Below the pieces are notes generated by a model, which was given only the letters and a program-made list of their open reading frames with translations, had not been told where the DNA came from and did no database searches. 64,000 bases of DNA, taken from positions 1 to 64,000 of the forward strand of contig CAZSOZ010000001.1 in NCBI GenBank assembly GCA_964608675.1, given 5' to 3'. Of the stretch, positions 54,974 to 64,000 are shown in pieces (position 1 is the stretch's first letter; the number at the start of each line of letters is the position of its first letter). Source of the stretch: an uncultured archaeon. Its GTDB lineage: Archaea; Iainarchaeota; Iainarchaeia; Iainarchaeales; 1-14-0-10-31-34. The translations under genes were made by a program, and so were the position numbers.

Positions 54974-55954
54974 TTATTTTTTTTTGTTTTTCTTTTTTGA
55001 TTTTCCCTTTAAATAAGAATCAATCATGTCAGGAGTAACTCCAATAGAAGAAAAATCAATTGAATCTTTTTTTCCTGAAACTCTTTGACTTAAAGATTCA
55101 GCAAACTTTGAAAGTTCCATGGGAAAAATAATTTTAGTGCTTTTTCCGTCAGCCATTTTTTCCAAAGCAGTAATATAATAATAAGCAAGAGTTTTATCGC
55201 TTAATTTATCTGAAGCAGACTTAATTGCTTCAATACGATATTTTGTTCCTTCTGCTTGTTCAAATTCTCCTAATTTCATTTGCTCTGCTGCTTTTTGTGC
55301 ATGCATTGCCTCAATTATTTCTTTAGGAATAACAATGTTAGTTATTTCAACTGCTTCAACTTTAACTCCCCATTCAATTGCAACTTCCTCTAATTTTCTT
55401 TTTACTTCTGCATTCAACAAAGCAATATTTGAAATAACACTGGATAAATCCATTGAACCAATTACATCCCTGATTGTTGCCCTGACATACAGTCTTGCAG
55501 CATTCTTATAGTCGTCAATTTCAATAACAGAATTAATCACAGAATTCTTGGATTTATCAATAAACAAATAAATAACTGCATCAACTGTAAGCCTGATTTT
55601 ATCTGTAGTGATTACTTCCTGAGGAGGAATATCAATTGTTTGAGTTCTTAAATCAACTAAAACATAAGATTGAATTAAAGGAACCACAAAAGTCCAGCCA
55701 GGTCCTCCAACCCTTGTAACTCTTCCTAAAGTAAAAATTACTGCTCTTTCATATTCCTTTAAAGTCAGCAAAAAATCATACTGTCTTACAAGAAAAGCCA
55801 GCAAAAGAAAAACAAACAATACTCCCAACCAAATAAGAAATTCATCTTGTTGAGTATAAGCCAGCCAGATTAAAGCAACAAAAATTATGAAAACAAAAAG
55901 AAAAACATACTGTTTTATTTTATAGCTTTCAGTTTTTCCGAATCTTTTAGCCAT
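54974..55954 (-). CDS. SPFH/band-7 (stomatin-like) protein
   Basis: EYERAVIF.LGR, VDLRT...D.PPQEVIT.D, WGVKV..VEI. Confidence 0.92.
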   Translation of the reverse strand: MAKRFGKTESYKIKQYVFLFVFIIFVALIWLAYTQQDEFLIWLGVLFVFLLLAFLVRQYDFLLTLKEYERAVIFTLGRVTRVGGPGWTFVVPLIQSYVLVDLRTQTIDIPPQEVITTDKIRLTVDAVIYLFIDKSKNSVINSVIEIDDYKNAARLYVRATIRDVIGSMDLSSVISNIALLNAEVKRKLEEVAIEWGVKVEAVEITNIVIPKEIIEAMHAQKAAEQMKLGEFEQAEGTKYRIEAIKSASDKLSDKTLAYYYITALEKMADGKSTKIIFPMELSKFAESLSQRVSGKKDSIDFSSIGVTPDMIDSYLKGKSKKKNKKK

Positions 55955-56063
55955 TATAAAACCTTAAATTGCTTTTTATATATAAATATAGACAGTAAAG
56001 ACATATATTAAACTTAGGCATATTTTTAAATATAAAACAATCAAATTAAAGGGAAACAAAAAA

Positions 56064-57284
56064 ATGAAAGCAAAAAAAGTAATGGTTGTCTGTGTAGACA
56101 GAGACAATGACTTAGGAAGAAAAGCACAAGTTAACGGTCCAATCATAGGAAGAAAAAATAATTTGAATGCTGCAGCAAAACTTGGAATAGCTGACCCAGG
56201 AGAAAGCGATGTAAACTGCATTTTTGGTGCAATAAGAAAATTTGATGAAATAAAAAAATTTTATTCAGAAGTAGAAATTGTAACTCTTACAGGAATAGGA
56301 AAACAAGAATTTGAATCAGACAAAGAAATAAACGAACAATTAGATAAAGTTTTAGAAGACTTTCCTGCTGACGCTTTTGTTTTGGTTACAGACGGAGCAG
56401 AAGACGATCAAGTAATTCCAATTCTTCAGTCAAGAGCAAAAATAATGTCAAAAGAAACAATAATAGTAAAACAAGCTTCACAGGTTGAAAGCACTTACTA
56501 TACAATAAAAGAAGCATTAAAGGATCCTTTTCTTGCAAGAATTGTTTTTGGTGTTCCGGGAATAATTTTAATTTTGTTTTATTTGTTTGGAGGATTCAGT
56601 TTCCAAATAATTTCTTTAGTTTTAGGCTTTTATCTTTTATTAAAAGGATTTGGAATAGAAGAAAAAATTATTTCAACTACAAGAGATTTCATAAAAAATA
56701 TTTCTATTTCAAGAGCAAGCTTTATTTTTTATATTGGAAGCCTTTTCATTTTTTCTTTTGGCTTGTATCAAGTTTATAATGCATTCATTGAAAGCATGCA
56801 GACAGACTTGTTTTTGAAAAGCATTTCTGCAGTACAACAAGCATACTTTGTTTTCTTGTTTTTGTTTCCTGTTTCGTTTTTAATTGGAAAAAGCATTGAC
56901 GCAGTTCACTTCAAAAAAGCATTTAATTTAAGGAATTATTTTTTGTATGCAATATCAACTGTTTTGTTATGGTTTATTTTAGATTCAGGGACATTGGTTT
57001 TAACAGGACAGGCTGACCTGCTTTGGTTTATTTTAAGCATGGGAACAAGCTTTATTATATTAATGATTGCCTACAAGTTGAGTTCAGTTTTTGATGTAAG
57101 AAAAAAAGTCAGTGAATTATTATTAGGGCTTCCTGTTTACTCTCAGGGAAAATTTGTAGGCAGAGTTGAAAAAGTTAATGCAAAAGAAAAAAGCATTTTC
57201 TTTAAAGGAAAAACTGCAGAAGAACTAAATAAACTTACTAAAACAAAATTCAAAATAAAAAAAGGAAAAATAATAGTAAGTTAA
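56064..57284 (+). CDS. DUF373-family membrane protein
   Basis: VCVDRDNDLG.K, DP.ESDVN, VTDGAED, VKQ...VESTYY. Confidence 0.88.
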   Translation: MKAKKVMVVCVDRDNDLGRKAQVNGPIIGRKNNLNAAAKLGIADPGESDVNCIFGAIRKFDEIKKFYSEVEIVTLTGIGKQEFESDKEINEQLDKVLEDFPADAFVLVTDGAEDDQVIPILQSRAKIMSKETIIVKQASQVESTYYTIKEALKDPFLARIVFGVPGIILILFYLFGGFSFQIISLVLGFYLLLKGFGIEEKIISTTRDFIKNISISRASFIFYIGSLFIFSFGLYQVYNAFIESMQTDLFLKSISAVQQAYFVFLFLFPVSFLIGKSIDAVHFKKAFNLRNYFLYAISTVLLWFILDSGTLVLTGQADLLWFILSMGTSFIILMIAYKLSSVFDVRKKVSELLLGLPVYSQGKFVGRVEKVNAKEKSIFFKGKTAEELNKLTKTKFKIKKGKIIVS

Positions 57285-57328
57285 CCAGTTTTTTATTGCT
57301 TTTTTGAATCCCTTTCTTTAAAAAGTTA

Positions 57329-59272
57329 TTATTTCAATTTCGTTTTTGATACAACTTTTTTTAAAAATTGTTTTGGCAGTTCCAAATTCAATATTCTTTC
57401 CAAATCTTTCAGCATCTTATTTTTTCCGTAACCTTTTTCAAAAGCATTATTTAATACATCGCTTAAAGTTGAAACAGGAATTATTTGAATTTTACTTTTT
57501 TCTTTTTTTGTTAAAATTATATCAGGAAAATTTGCTTTTGGAACAATAACCTGCTTGAAGCCTGCAGTGATTGCAGCAGAAATTTTTGCTGTCACGCCTC
57601 CTATAGGAAGGACTTCTCCTCTGACACTTAAAGAACCAGTCATTGCAAGAGATTGCTTGATTGGAATTTTTTCTAAAGCAGAAATTACTGCAGTGGCAAC
57701 TGAAACAGAAGCAGAATCCCCTTCAACGCCGGAATAAGTCTGCAAAAACTGAATATGCAAATCATAAGTGGAAATGTCTTTTCCGCTTATTCTTTTAATT
57801 ATTGCAGAAACATTTTGTACGGCTTCTTTTGCTATTTCTCCCAGTTTTCCTGTTGCAATAATTCTTCCTTCAGCAGAACTTTGTGCAGGAGCAACTTCTG
57901 CTTCAATTGGCAGAATCATTCCTGCGTCTCCGTCAGCAGAAACCGCCAAACCATTAACTCTTCCGATTGCTGAACCTTCATTTAAGAAAACATCATAACC
58001 TTTTCTTTCTTCAAGCATTTGCTTTACCATCTGCTGTTCCAGAGTTTTTGCACTGGTTTTTGCTTCAAAAACATCTTCTTCTTCAACTAATTTGTGGCTT
58101 TTTTCTATTGCAATATCTCCTGCTGCACGAATTAATCCCCCTAAATCCCTTAACTTTAAAGTTAAATTATTTTTTTTTCCTGCCCTTCTTTTTGCTTCAA
58201 AAATAATTACTTCAACTGCCTTCTTGGAAAAATGAGGTATTTTTGCGTCTTTTTTTACTTCCTGTGCAACAAACTGAACGATTTTGTTTCTGTTTTCCTG
58301 TGTATCAGGCATATCAAGATTCATATAAAGTTCATAACCATAACCCCTTATTCTTGAACGCAAAGCAGGATGAACTTTCTGAAGATCCTCGTAATTTCCT
58401 GCTGCAACCAAAACAAAATTAGTTGGACTTGCTTCAGTTCTTGTCATTGCCCCAGAACTTAATTCACTTTGACCTGTAATTGAATATTTTTTTTCCTGCA
58501 TTGCAGTCAATAATTCCTGCTGGGATTTCTGTGAAAGAGTTGCAATTTCATCTATAAACAAAACGCCTTCGTTAGTTTTATGAATATAACCAGGTTCAAC
58601 ACGCAGATGAGGAGGGGTTCCAAGACCGCCTGACTGAAGAGGATCATGCCTTACATCCCCCAATAAAGCTCCTGCTCTTGCTCCTGTTGCTTCAACAAAA
58701 GGAGCAATTTTTTTTACTGAATTGTTAATCAAAAGTTTTGGGACATCGTTTTCGCTTTTAGTTCTGATTTGAGAGCCTAAAGCAAAGCCCACTAAAATGA
58801 ATCCTCCTAAAATCAATAAAGCAGCAAAAGTTATTTCTCCAATAAAACCAAAATGAAACATGATTGAAGCTAAAATAAACCAGCCTAAAGGAAGAATGAA
58901 TCCAAGCATTCTTGAACCGCTTTCTTTCTGATTCTGATTTAATGTTGCTTGTTCAACAATTTTTGTTCCTTCTCCTGCACGAACAACCCTTATTTTTGGA
59001 TTATTTGGATCAGATTTATTTGGATAAACAAGTATATCACTTAATTTTCCTATTGGAAGAATTTCAGACAAAGCTTGTGCAAGCATTGATTTTCCTGTCC
59101 CAGGAAGCCCTACTAAAAGAATGTTTCTTTTTTGTGCTGCTGCTTTCTTTATTATTTGAACTGATTTTTCCTGTCCTATTACTTGTTCAATAAGCTTTTT
59201 TGGGACATCAATTTCTTCAGTTGACTTAAAATTCAATTCTTTTGATTTATTTTTAACTGCTTTTTTTTTCAT
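57329..59272 (-). CDS. lonB: Membrane-bound ATP-dependent protease LonB
   Basis: G.PGTGKS, two TM helices, LFIDEI, EGDSAS catalytic Ser, PIGGVTAKI. Confidence 0.96.
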   Translation of the reverse strand: MKKKAVKNKSKELNFKSTEEIDVPKKLIEQVIGQEKSVQIIKKAAAQKRNILLVGLPGTGKSMLAQALSEILPIGKLSDILVYPNKSDPNNPKIRVVRAGEGTKIVEQATLNQNQKESGSRMLGFILPLGWFILASIMFHFGFIGEITFAALLILGGFILVGFALGSQIRTKSENDVPKLLINNSVKKIAPFVEATGARAGALLGDVRHDPLQSGGLGTPPHLRVEPGYIHKTNEGVLFIDEIATLSQKSQQELLTAMQEKKYSITGQSELSSGAMTRTEASPTNFVLVAAGNYEDLQKVHPALRSRIRGYGYELYMNLDMPDTQENRNKIVQFVAQEVKKDAKIPHFSKKAVEVIIFEAKRRAGKKNNLTLKLRDLGGLIRAAGDIAIEKSHKLVEEEDVFEAKTSAKTLEQQMVKQMLEERKGYDVFLNEGSAIGRVNGLAVSADGDAGMILPIEAEVAPAQSSAEGRIIATGKLGEIAKEAVQNVSAIIKRISGKDISTYDLHIQFLQTYSGVEGDSASVSVATAVISALEKIPIKQSLAMTGSLSVRGEVLPIGGVTAKISAAITAGFKQVIVPKANFPDIILTKKEKSKIQIIPVSTLSDVLNNAFEKGYGKNKMLKDLERILNLELPKQFLKKVVSKTKLK

Positions 59273-59360
59273 AAAAAAAACCTTTTTTAAAAAACTCTCT
59301 TTAATAAATTATTGGAGTGTCATGTATTAAAATATTAATTACTTTATTAGGTTTTTTAGT

Positions 59361-60263
59361 ATGAAATTAATTATATTAGGAACAAGCGCTTCAACGCCTT
59401 CAAAGGAAAGAAATTTAAGTGCAGTAATGATAAATTTTGACGGATTAAATTATTTGTTTGACTGTCCAGAAGGAACTCAAAGGCAGTTAATGAAAGCAAA
59501 AGCATCTTATATGAAAATTCATGCGATTTTTTTGAGTCATTATCATGGAGACCACATTTTAGGTTTGCCTGGATTGCTGGCTACAATGTCCATGCATCAA
59601 AGAGATTATCCTCTGATTGTATTCGGCCCCAAAGGAATAAAAGAAAAAATAAAACAGGCATTGGATTTAAGTTTACTAAAAGTAAATTTTGAAGTAAAAG
59701 GAATTGAAACAAGACAGGGAAAAATATTTGAAGAAGAAAAATTTTTTGTTGAAGCATTCAAGTTAAATCATGAAATTCCCTGTTATGGATATGTATTCAA
59801 AGAAAAAGATTCACTGGGAAAATTTCAAAGAGAAAAAGCATTAAAATTAGGCATTCCTGAAGGACCTTTATGGAGCGAACTCCAGAAAGGAAAAAAAATA
59901 AAAACAGGAAAAAAAGTTTTTAAGCCTGAAGATGTATTAGATGAAAGCAAAAAAAAAACAGGAAAAAAAATTTCAATTGTGTTTGACACTTTGCCGAATA
60001 AAAGTTATTTAAATAAAATAAAAGAATCAGATGTTTTAGTTCACGAAAGCACTTTTCTTGAAAAATTAAAGGAAAGAGCAAAAGAAACAAGGCATTCAAC
60101 TGCAAAACAAGCAGGAAGAACTGCAGAAAAAGCAAACGTAAAAAAACTGGTTTTATTTCATTTCAGTCCAAGACACAAAGAAACAGAAAAATTTGACATT
60201 GAAGCAAGAGAATTTTTTGGAAACGTGATTGCAGCAAAAGATTTAGATGAAATTGAAGTCTGA
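59361..60263 (+). CDS. rnz: Ribonuclease Z
   Basis: LGTSA..P..ERN, DCPEGTQ, SHYHGDHILG, GIPEGP exosite, HEST, HST, HFSPR. Confidence 0.95.
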   Translation: MKLIILGTSASTPSKERNLSAVMINFDGLNYLFDCPEGTQRQLMKAKASYMKIHAIFLSHYHGDHILGLPGLLATMSMHQRDYPLIVFGPKGIKEKIKQALDLSLLKVNFEVKGIETRQGKIFEEEKFFVEAFKLNHEIPCYGYVFKEKDSLGKFQREKALKLGIPEGPLWSELQKGKKIKTGKKVFKPEDVLDESKKKTGKKISIVFDTLPNKSYLNKIKESDVLVHESTFLEKLKERAKETRHSTAKQAGRTAEKANVKKLVLFHFSPRHKETEKFDIEAREFFGNVIAAKDLDEIEV

Positions 60264-60269
60264 TTTAAA

Positions 60270-61715
60270 ATGGAAAAAGAATTCTTTGATTTAATCGTAA
60301 TAGGAAGAGGTTTAGCAGGATTAAGTTCTGCAATTGAAACCCCAAAAAACAAAAACACTGCAGTTTTTTTCTGTGGAAAAGAATTCAAGGCAAACAGTTT
60401 TAAAGCACAAGGAGGAATTGCTTCAGCTATAGGAAAAAATGATTCAACAGAAAAACATTATCTGGATACAATTAAAACAGGAAACGGTTTAACAGACAAA
60501 AATTCTGCAAAATTTTTGGTTGAAAAAGGAAAACAAAAAGTTCTGGAATTAATTGAAGCAGGATTTGAATTTGATGAAAAAGAAAAAGAAATAAGTTTTG
60601 GATTGGAATCAGGCCATTCAGAGAAAAGAATTCTTCATGCAAAAGGAGATGAAATCGGAAAAGAGCTAACCAAATATTACCTTAAAATTGCAAAAGAAAA
60701 AAACGTGCATTTTTTTGAAGGAAAAGAATTAATCAAACTTCGTGCAGAAAAACAAAAAGCAGAACAAGCAGTTTTTAATGATTTTACAGTTGAATTCAAT
60801 TCAATTGTGTTTGCTTCAGGAGGCTATTCTGCATTATACTCAAAAAGCACTAATTTTGAAAGCACTAAAGGAGAAGCTATTGCAGTTGCATTAAAATCAG
60901 GAATTCATTTAATGGACTTAGAATTTGAACAATTCCATCCAACAACAGTAAAAGGACATAATTTTTTGTTAAGCGAAACACTGCGCGGAGAAGGCGCTTT
61001 TCTTGTCAATGATTTAAACGAAAAATTCATGAAAAAATTTTCTGCAAAAGATTTGGAGACAAGAGACACTGCTTCTCTTGAAATATTCAATCAAATTCAA
61101 AAAAAAAGAAAAGTTTTCTTGGACTGCAGTTTAATTGAAAACTTAAAGGAAAGATTTCCAAACATCTGGAAAAACACAAGAACTTTAGGATTAAAAATAG
61201 ACAAAGAAAGAATTGAAATAGAACCTGCAGCACATTATTCAATCGGAGGAATAAAAATTGATTTAAATGCAAGAACAAACTTAAAGAATGTTTTTGCAGC
61301 AGGAGAATGCTCCTGCTCCGGAGTCCACGGAGCAAACAGGCTGGCAAGCAATTCTCTGCTGGAAGCTGTTGTTTTCGGTTCAGTTGCAGGAAAAAACGCA
61401 TTAAAAGAAAAAAAAGAAATAAAAACAAAAAAAGAATTTAATTCAATTAAAGAAAAACAAAAAGAAAAAACAAAATTTAATTTGGTTGCATTACAGCATT
61501 TAATGTGGAATCATACAGGAATAAAAAGGAATTCAGCTGGATTAAAAAAAGCCTTGCATGAAATCAATAAAATGCCTGAAAACAACAAAACAGTTTTGTG
61601 CAAAAAAATAATTGAATCAGCATTAAAAAGAGAGGAAAGCAGAGGCTGTCATCACCGAACAGACTTCCAGGAAAAAAAGAAAGAATTCGAAAAGCATTCT
61701 CTGACTGAAAAATGA
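60270..61715 (+). CDS. nadB: L-aspartate oxidase
   Basis: S..AQGGI, E.GHS..RILH, QFHPT, SE.LRGEG, AHYSIGG, HGANRLASNSLLE, ESRG.H. Confidence 0.88.
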   Translation: MEKEFFDLIVIGRGLAGLSSAIETPKNKNTAVFFCGKEFKANSFKAQGGIASAIGKNDSTEKHYLDTIKTGNGLTDKNSAKFLVEKGKQKVLELIEAGFEFDEKEKEISFGLESGHSEKRILHAKGDEIGKELTKYYLKIAKEKNVHFFEGKELIKLRAEKQKAEQAVFNDFTVEFNSIVFASGGYSALYSKSTNFESTKGEAIAVALKSGIHLMDLEFEQFHPTTVKGHNFLLSETLRGEGAFLVNDLNEKFMKKFSAKDLETRDTASLEIFNQIQKKRKVFLDCSLIENLKERFPNIWKNTRTLGLKIDKERIEIEPAAHYSIGGIKIDLNARTNLKNVFAAGECSCSGVHGANRLASNSLLEAVVFGSVAGKNALKEKKEIKTKKEFNSIKEKQKEKTKFNLVALQHLMWNHTGIKRNSAGLKKALHEINKMPENNKTVLCKKIIESALKREESRGCHHRTDFQEKKKEFEKHSLTEK

Positions 61716-61749
61716 AAACATTAAAATTGATTGAAAACACTAATTGTTT

Positions 61750-62673
61750 ATGGCAAGAAGAAGAAAAATAAAAAAAATTCATTTTGAGTTTGAGGCTCAT
61801 GTTCCTGGACAAACTTATTCAATGCACACACCAAGAAAAAAAACAAAAACAATACTGGCAGAAAATTCGATGGGATCCCTAAAACCAATAACTATACAGG
61901 AACTTAAATCCATTCCAAGAGGAAACAAGTTTTACAAAAGCCTTGTTGAATATCTTGAAAAAGCAATAAAAAATGGGAAAAAAGTTGTTGGAGGAGAAAC
62001 CGCAAAAAGTGCATGGGAGTTAAATGAACTTAGAGAAAAATTAAACAAAGCAACTGTATTAGAATCAAAAATGAAAAACAATCCTTCGCTTGAAAACATA
62101 AAAAAATATTTTAGTGCAGAAGCTGAATTAGATAAATCCAGGCACAAGTTAATTATCAGAACAGTAAGGGAATCAGAAAAACCTGTTCAGGCAAGATATG
62201 GTTCGTTGCATTCAATTTTAACAAAAGAATTAAAAGAATCAGGAATTAATTCTTCCAGAAAATTAATGCCTCAGGTTTTTGACTTAAGTCTAACAGTTGT
62301 ACGAAAACTGTTGATGGGAAAAACTCCTTCTAATGCAGAATACAAAATGGCTTTTATAACTGAAAGATTCTAACCTGCCTCAACCAAAAAAGCTTCTGAA
62401 ATTACTTCCAAAGATTTTAGATTTTTTAATCTATTTCAAAGCACTTTGTTAAGAAAACTGACAGAACAGCAGCTTGACAGAATAATCAATGAAAAGAATT
62501 TTTCCCTTATTTTTACATTAAATGGTTTGCCTAACCCTTCAAAAGAAAAAATACCTAGAAAAATGATTGCAGATTTTTTGAACAAGCATTCTTCTGCATG
62601 GAGAAGACAACAAAGCATTGCAAAAAAGAGAAAAGAAATGAAAAACAAAAAAAAAGAAAAAAAAATTAAGTGA
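61750..62673 (+). pseudogene. Hypothetical basic protein interrupted by one in-frame TAA (62371-62373)
   Basis: The ORFs 61744..62373 and 62446..62673 share a frame, and 62374-62445 contains no stop. Confidence 0.55.
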
Positions 62674-63898
62674 ATAAAAGTTTCACGTAAAATAAAGGAG
62701 AAACAAATTCTTTTTTTGCTTCCTCGTTTGCAAGCATTCCTGAAATTACTTCCTGCACTTCTTTTTTTTTGGCTGCTTTGTCTACAATGAAATTTAAAAG
62801 AAATTTTATTTTGCCAAGCCTTTGAAGCATATAACTGGTTTTGATTTCTTGTTCAATTTCATTCCATAAATTTACTTCATACTCTTTGAGGAATTCAGCA
62901 GAAAAATTGTTTTCGTTTAATGATTTCAAAATTGTATTTGAAGCAATTTTTCCTGAAGTCATTGCGTTTCCTATTCCTTCTCCTGAAAAAGGGTCAATAA
63001 GAGAAGCTGCATCGCCTAAAAGCAAAAAACCGTTTCCTGAAATCTTCTTTTTTTTGCTTCCTAAAGGAAGAGTCCATCCTTTAACAGGAGAAACCATTTT
63101 TGCATCTTTGAATCTTTCTTTAAACAAAGGATGGGATTCAATTGCATCAAACATTGCTTTCTGCAAATTCATTTTATTTTTCTTTAAGTCTTGGGTAATT
63201 ATTCCTGCTCCAACATTCGCTAAACCTTTTTCTACAGGAAAAATCCAAAAGTAGCCTGGAAGCATTGAATCAATAAAATGAATTTCAATTGTGCCTTTTA
63301 AATGTTTTACTCCGGAATAATAAGTTCTCAAAGCCGTAATATGATGATTGAAATCAATTTTATTTAATCCAAGGCTTTTTGCTATATTTGAAGTTGCTCC
63401 GTCTGCTCCGACTGTTATTTTTGCTTTGAATTCCATTGAATTTCCTTTGGAGTCAGTTCCTTTTACTCCTAAAACTTTTTCGCCGTCTTTAATTAAGCCT
63501 TCAACAGTAAAGCCTTCAATTGTTTTTGCCCCAAAAAATTTTGCATTCTGAAACAAAAGGTTATCGTAATGAATTCTTTTTATGGCATAACCTGTTCTGC
63601 TTTTTGTTTTGCCTGATTCTTTTTTTGGAAAAGGAATATCCACCACTGTTCCTTTGGGGGAAGAAAAAGTTACTCCTGAAATTTTTCCGTAAGGAAGTTC
63701 TTCTACTTTTTCTTTTAACCCTAATTCCCTTAAAACCCTTAACGATTTCCCGCTTATTCCGTCTCCACAAGTTTTGTCTCTGGGAAAAAAAGCTTTATCT
63801 AAAAGCAAAACGTTTTTCTTGTTTTTTGCCAGAAAAGAAGCACAAGTTGAACCTGCAGGCCCTCCTCCAACAACAATTACATCAAATTCTTCTGCCAT
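62666..63898 (-). CDS. Geranylgeranyl reductase family flavoprotein
   Basis: GGGPAG, FPRDKTCGDG, GADG, GYFWIFP, GDAASLIDPFSGEGI. Confidence 0.9.
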   Translation of the reverse strand: MAEEFDVIVVGGGPAGSTCASFLAKNKKNVLLLDKAFFPRDKTCGDGISGKSLRVLRELGLKEKVEELPYGKISGVTFSSPKGTVVDIPFPKKESGKTKSRTGYAIKRIHYDNLLFQNAKFFGAKTIEGFTVEGLIKDGEKVLGVKGTDSKGNSMEFKAKITVGADGATSNIAKSLGLNKIDFNHHITALRTYYSGVKHLKGTIEIHFIDSMLPGYFWIFPVEKGLANVGAGIITQDLKKNKMNLQKAMFDAIESHPLFKERFKDAKMVSPVKGWTLPLGSKKKKISGNGFLLLGDAASLIDPFSGEGIGNAMTSGKIASNTILKSLNENNFSAEFLKEYEVNLWNEIEQEIKTSYMLQRLGKIKFLLNFIVDKAAKKKEVQEVISGMLANEEAKKEFVSPLFYVKLLFT

Positions 63899-63921
63899 AC
63901 AAAAAAACCTCTTTAAAATAT

Positions 63922-64000
63922 TTATTTATTGCTCCTTAAAAATTCGTTTGCATACAAAGCTGCCTTGCATCCTTCTCCTGCAGCAACAATAAGCTGATGA
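63922..64000 (-). CDS. C-terminal end of a thioredoxin reductase-like FAD oxidoreductase (partial, runs off the window)
   Basis: ...HQLIVAAGEGCKAALYANEFLRSNK* resembles the TrxB C-terminal Q...AAGEG..AA motif. Confidence 0.7.
   Translation of the reverse strand, partial: HQLIVAAGEGCKAALYANEFLRSNK

Noticed and set aside
62371-62373. Selenocysteine or pyrrolysine recoding
   Set aside because: The interrupting codon is TAA, not TGA or TAG, and all three stops terminate conserved genes normally in this window.
1366-63992. Many 60-156 aa ORFs antisense to, or nested in, long genes (e.g. 5074..5481, 12046..12516, 16401..16811, 62841..63254)
   Set aside because: They are F/S/L/I-rich shadows of A-rich coding strands, overlap well-supported genes and carry no motifs.
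1-64000. CRISPR array, rRNA, IS element, provirus or defence island
   Set aside because: No regularly spaced repeats, long GC-rich RNA-like stretch, transposase, integrase or viral hallmark gene was seen.

Overview
Gene-dense, very AT-rich archaeal chromosome segment made almost entirely of housekeeping genes. The gene content and protein style suggest a DPANN archaeon, possibly Iainarchaeota/Diapherotrites; this is inferred, not proven. It encodes a class III ribonucleotide reductase (nrdD/nrdG), MCM, aIF2b/aIF1A/RIO1/Dim2/topoisomerase VI, Acd/Acs, Mre11, ThiI parts, uL16, an intein-containing PEP synthase, Dph2, PyrH, aRF1, TruD, an S-layer locus with glycosylation genes, EndoQ, a PCNA-primase-GINS-S27e-aIF2a cluster, a second PCNA, Rpo11/Csl4, LonB, RNase Z and NadB. 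I saw no CRISPR array, rRNA, transposase or provirus. The best leads are mostly absent from the ORF track. (1) NrdD is split: its glycyl-radical domain is a separate 54-aa gene with its own SD. (2) A tRNA-Cys carries a 102-nt, alternatively foldable intron. (3) ThiI is divided into a THUMP protein with a degenerate catalytic domain and a stand-alone PP-loop protein. (4) An intact DUF424-like gene has no ATG/GTG/TTG start and lies between two initiation-factor genes. (5) A 35-aa hyper-acidic microprotein sits between priL and priS. (6) There are two divergent PCNAs. (7) The S-layer protein is rich in D-x-N motifs and its mRNA has a long 5' hairpin. All product calls come from motif recognition by eye; no database search was run.
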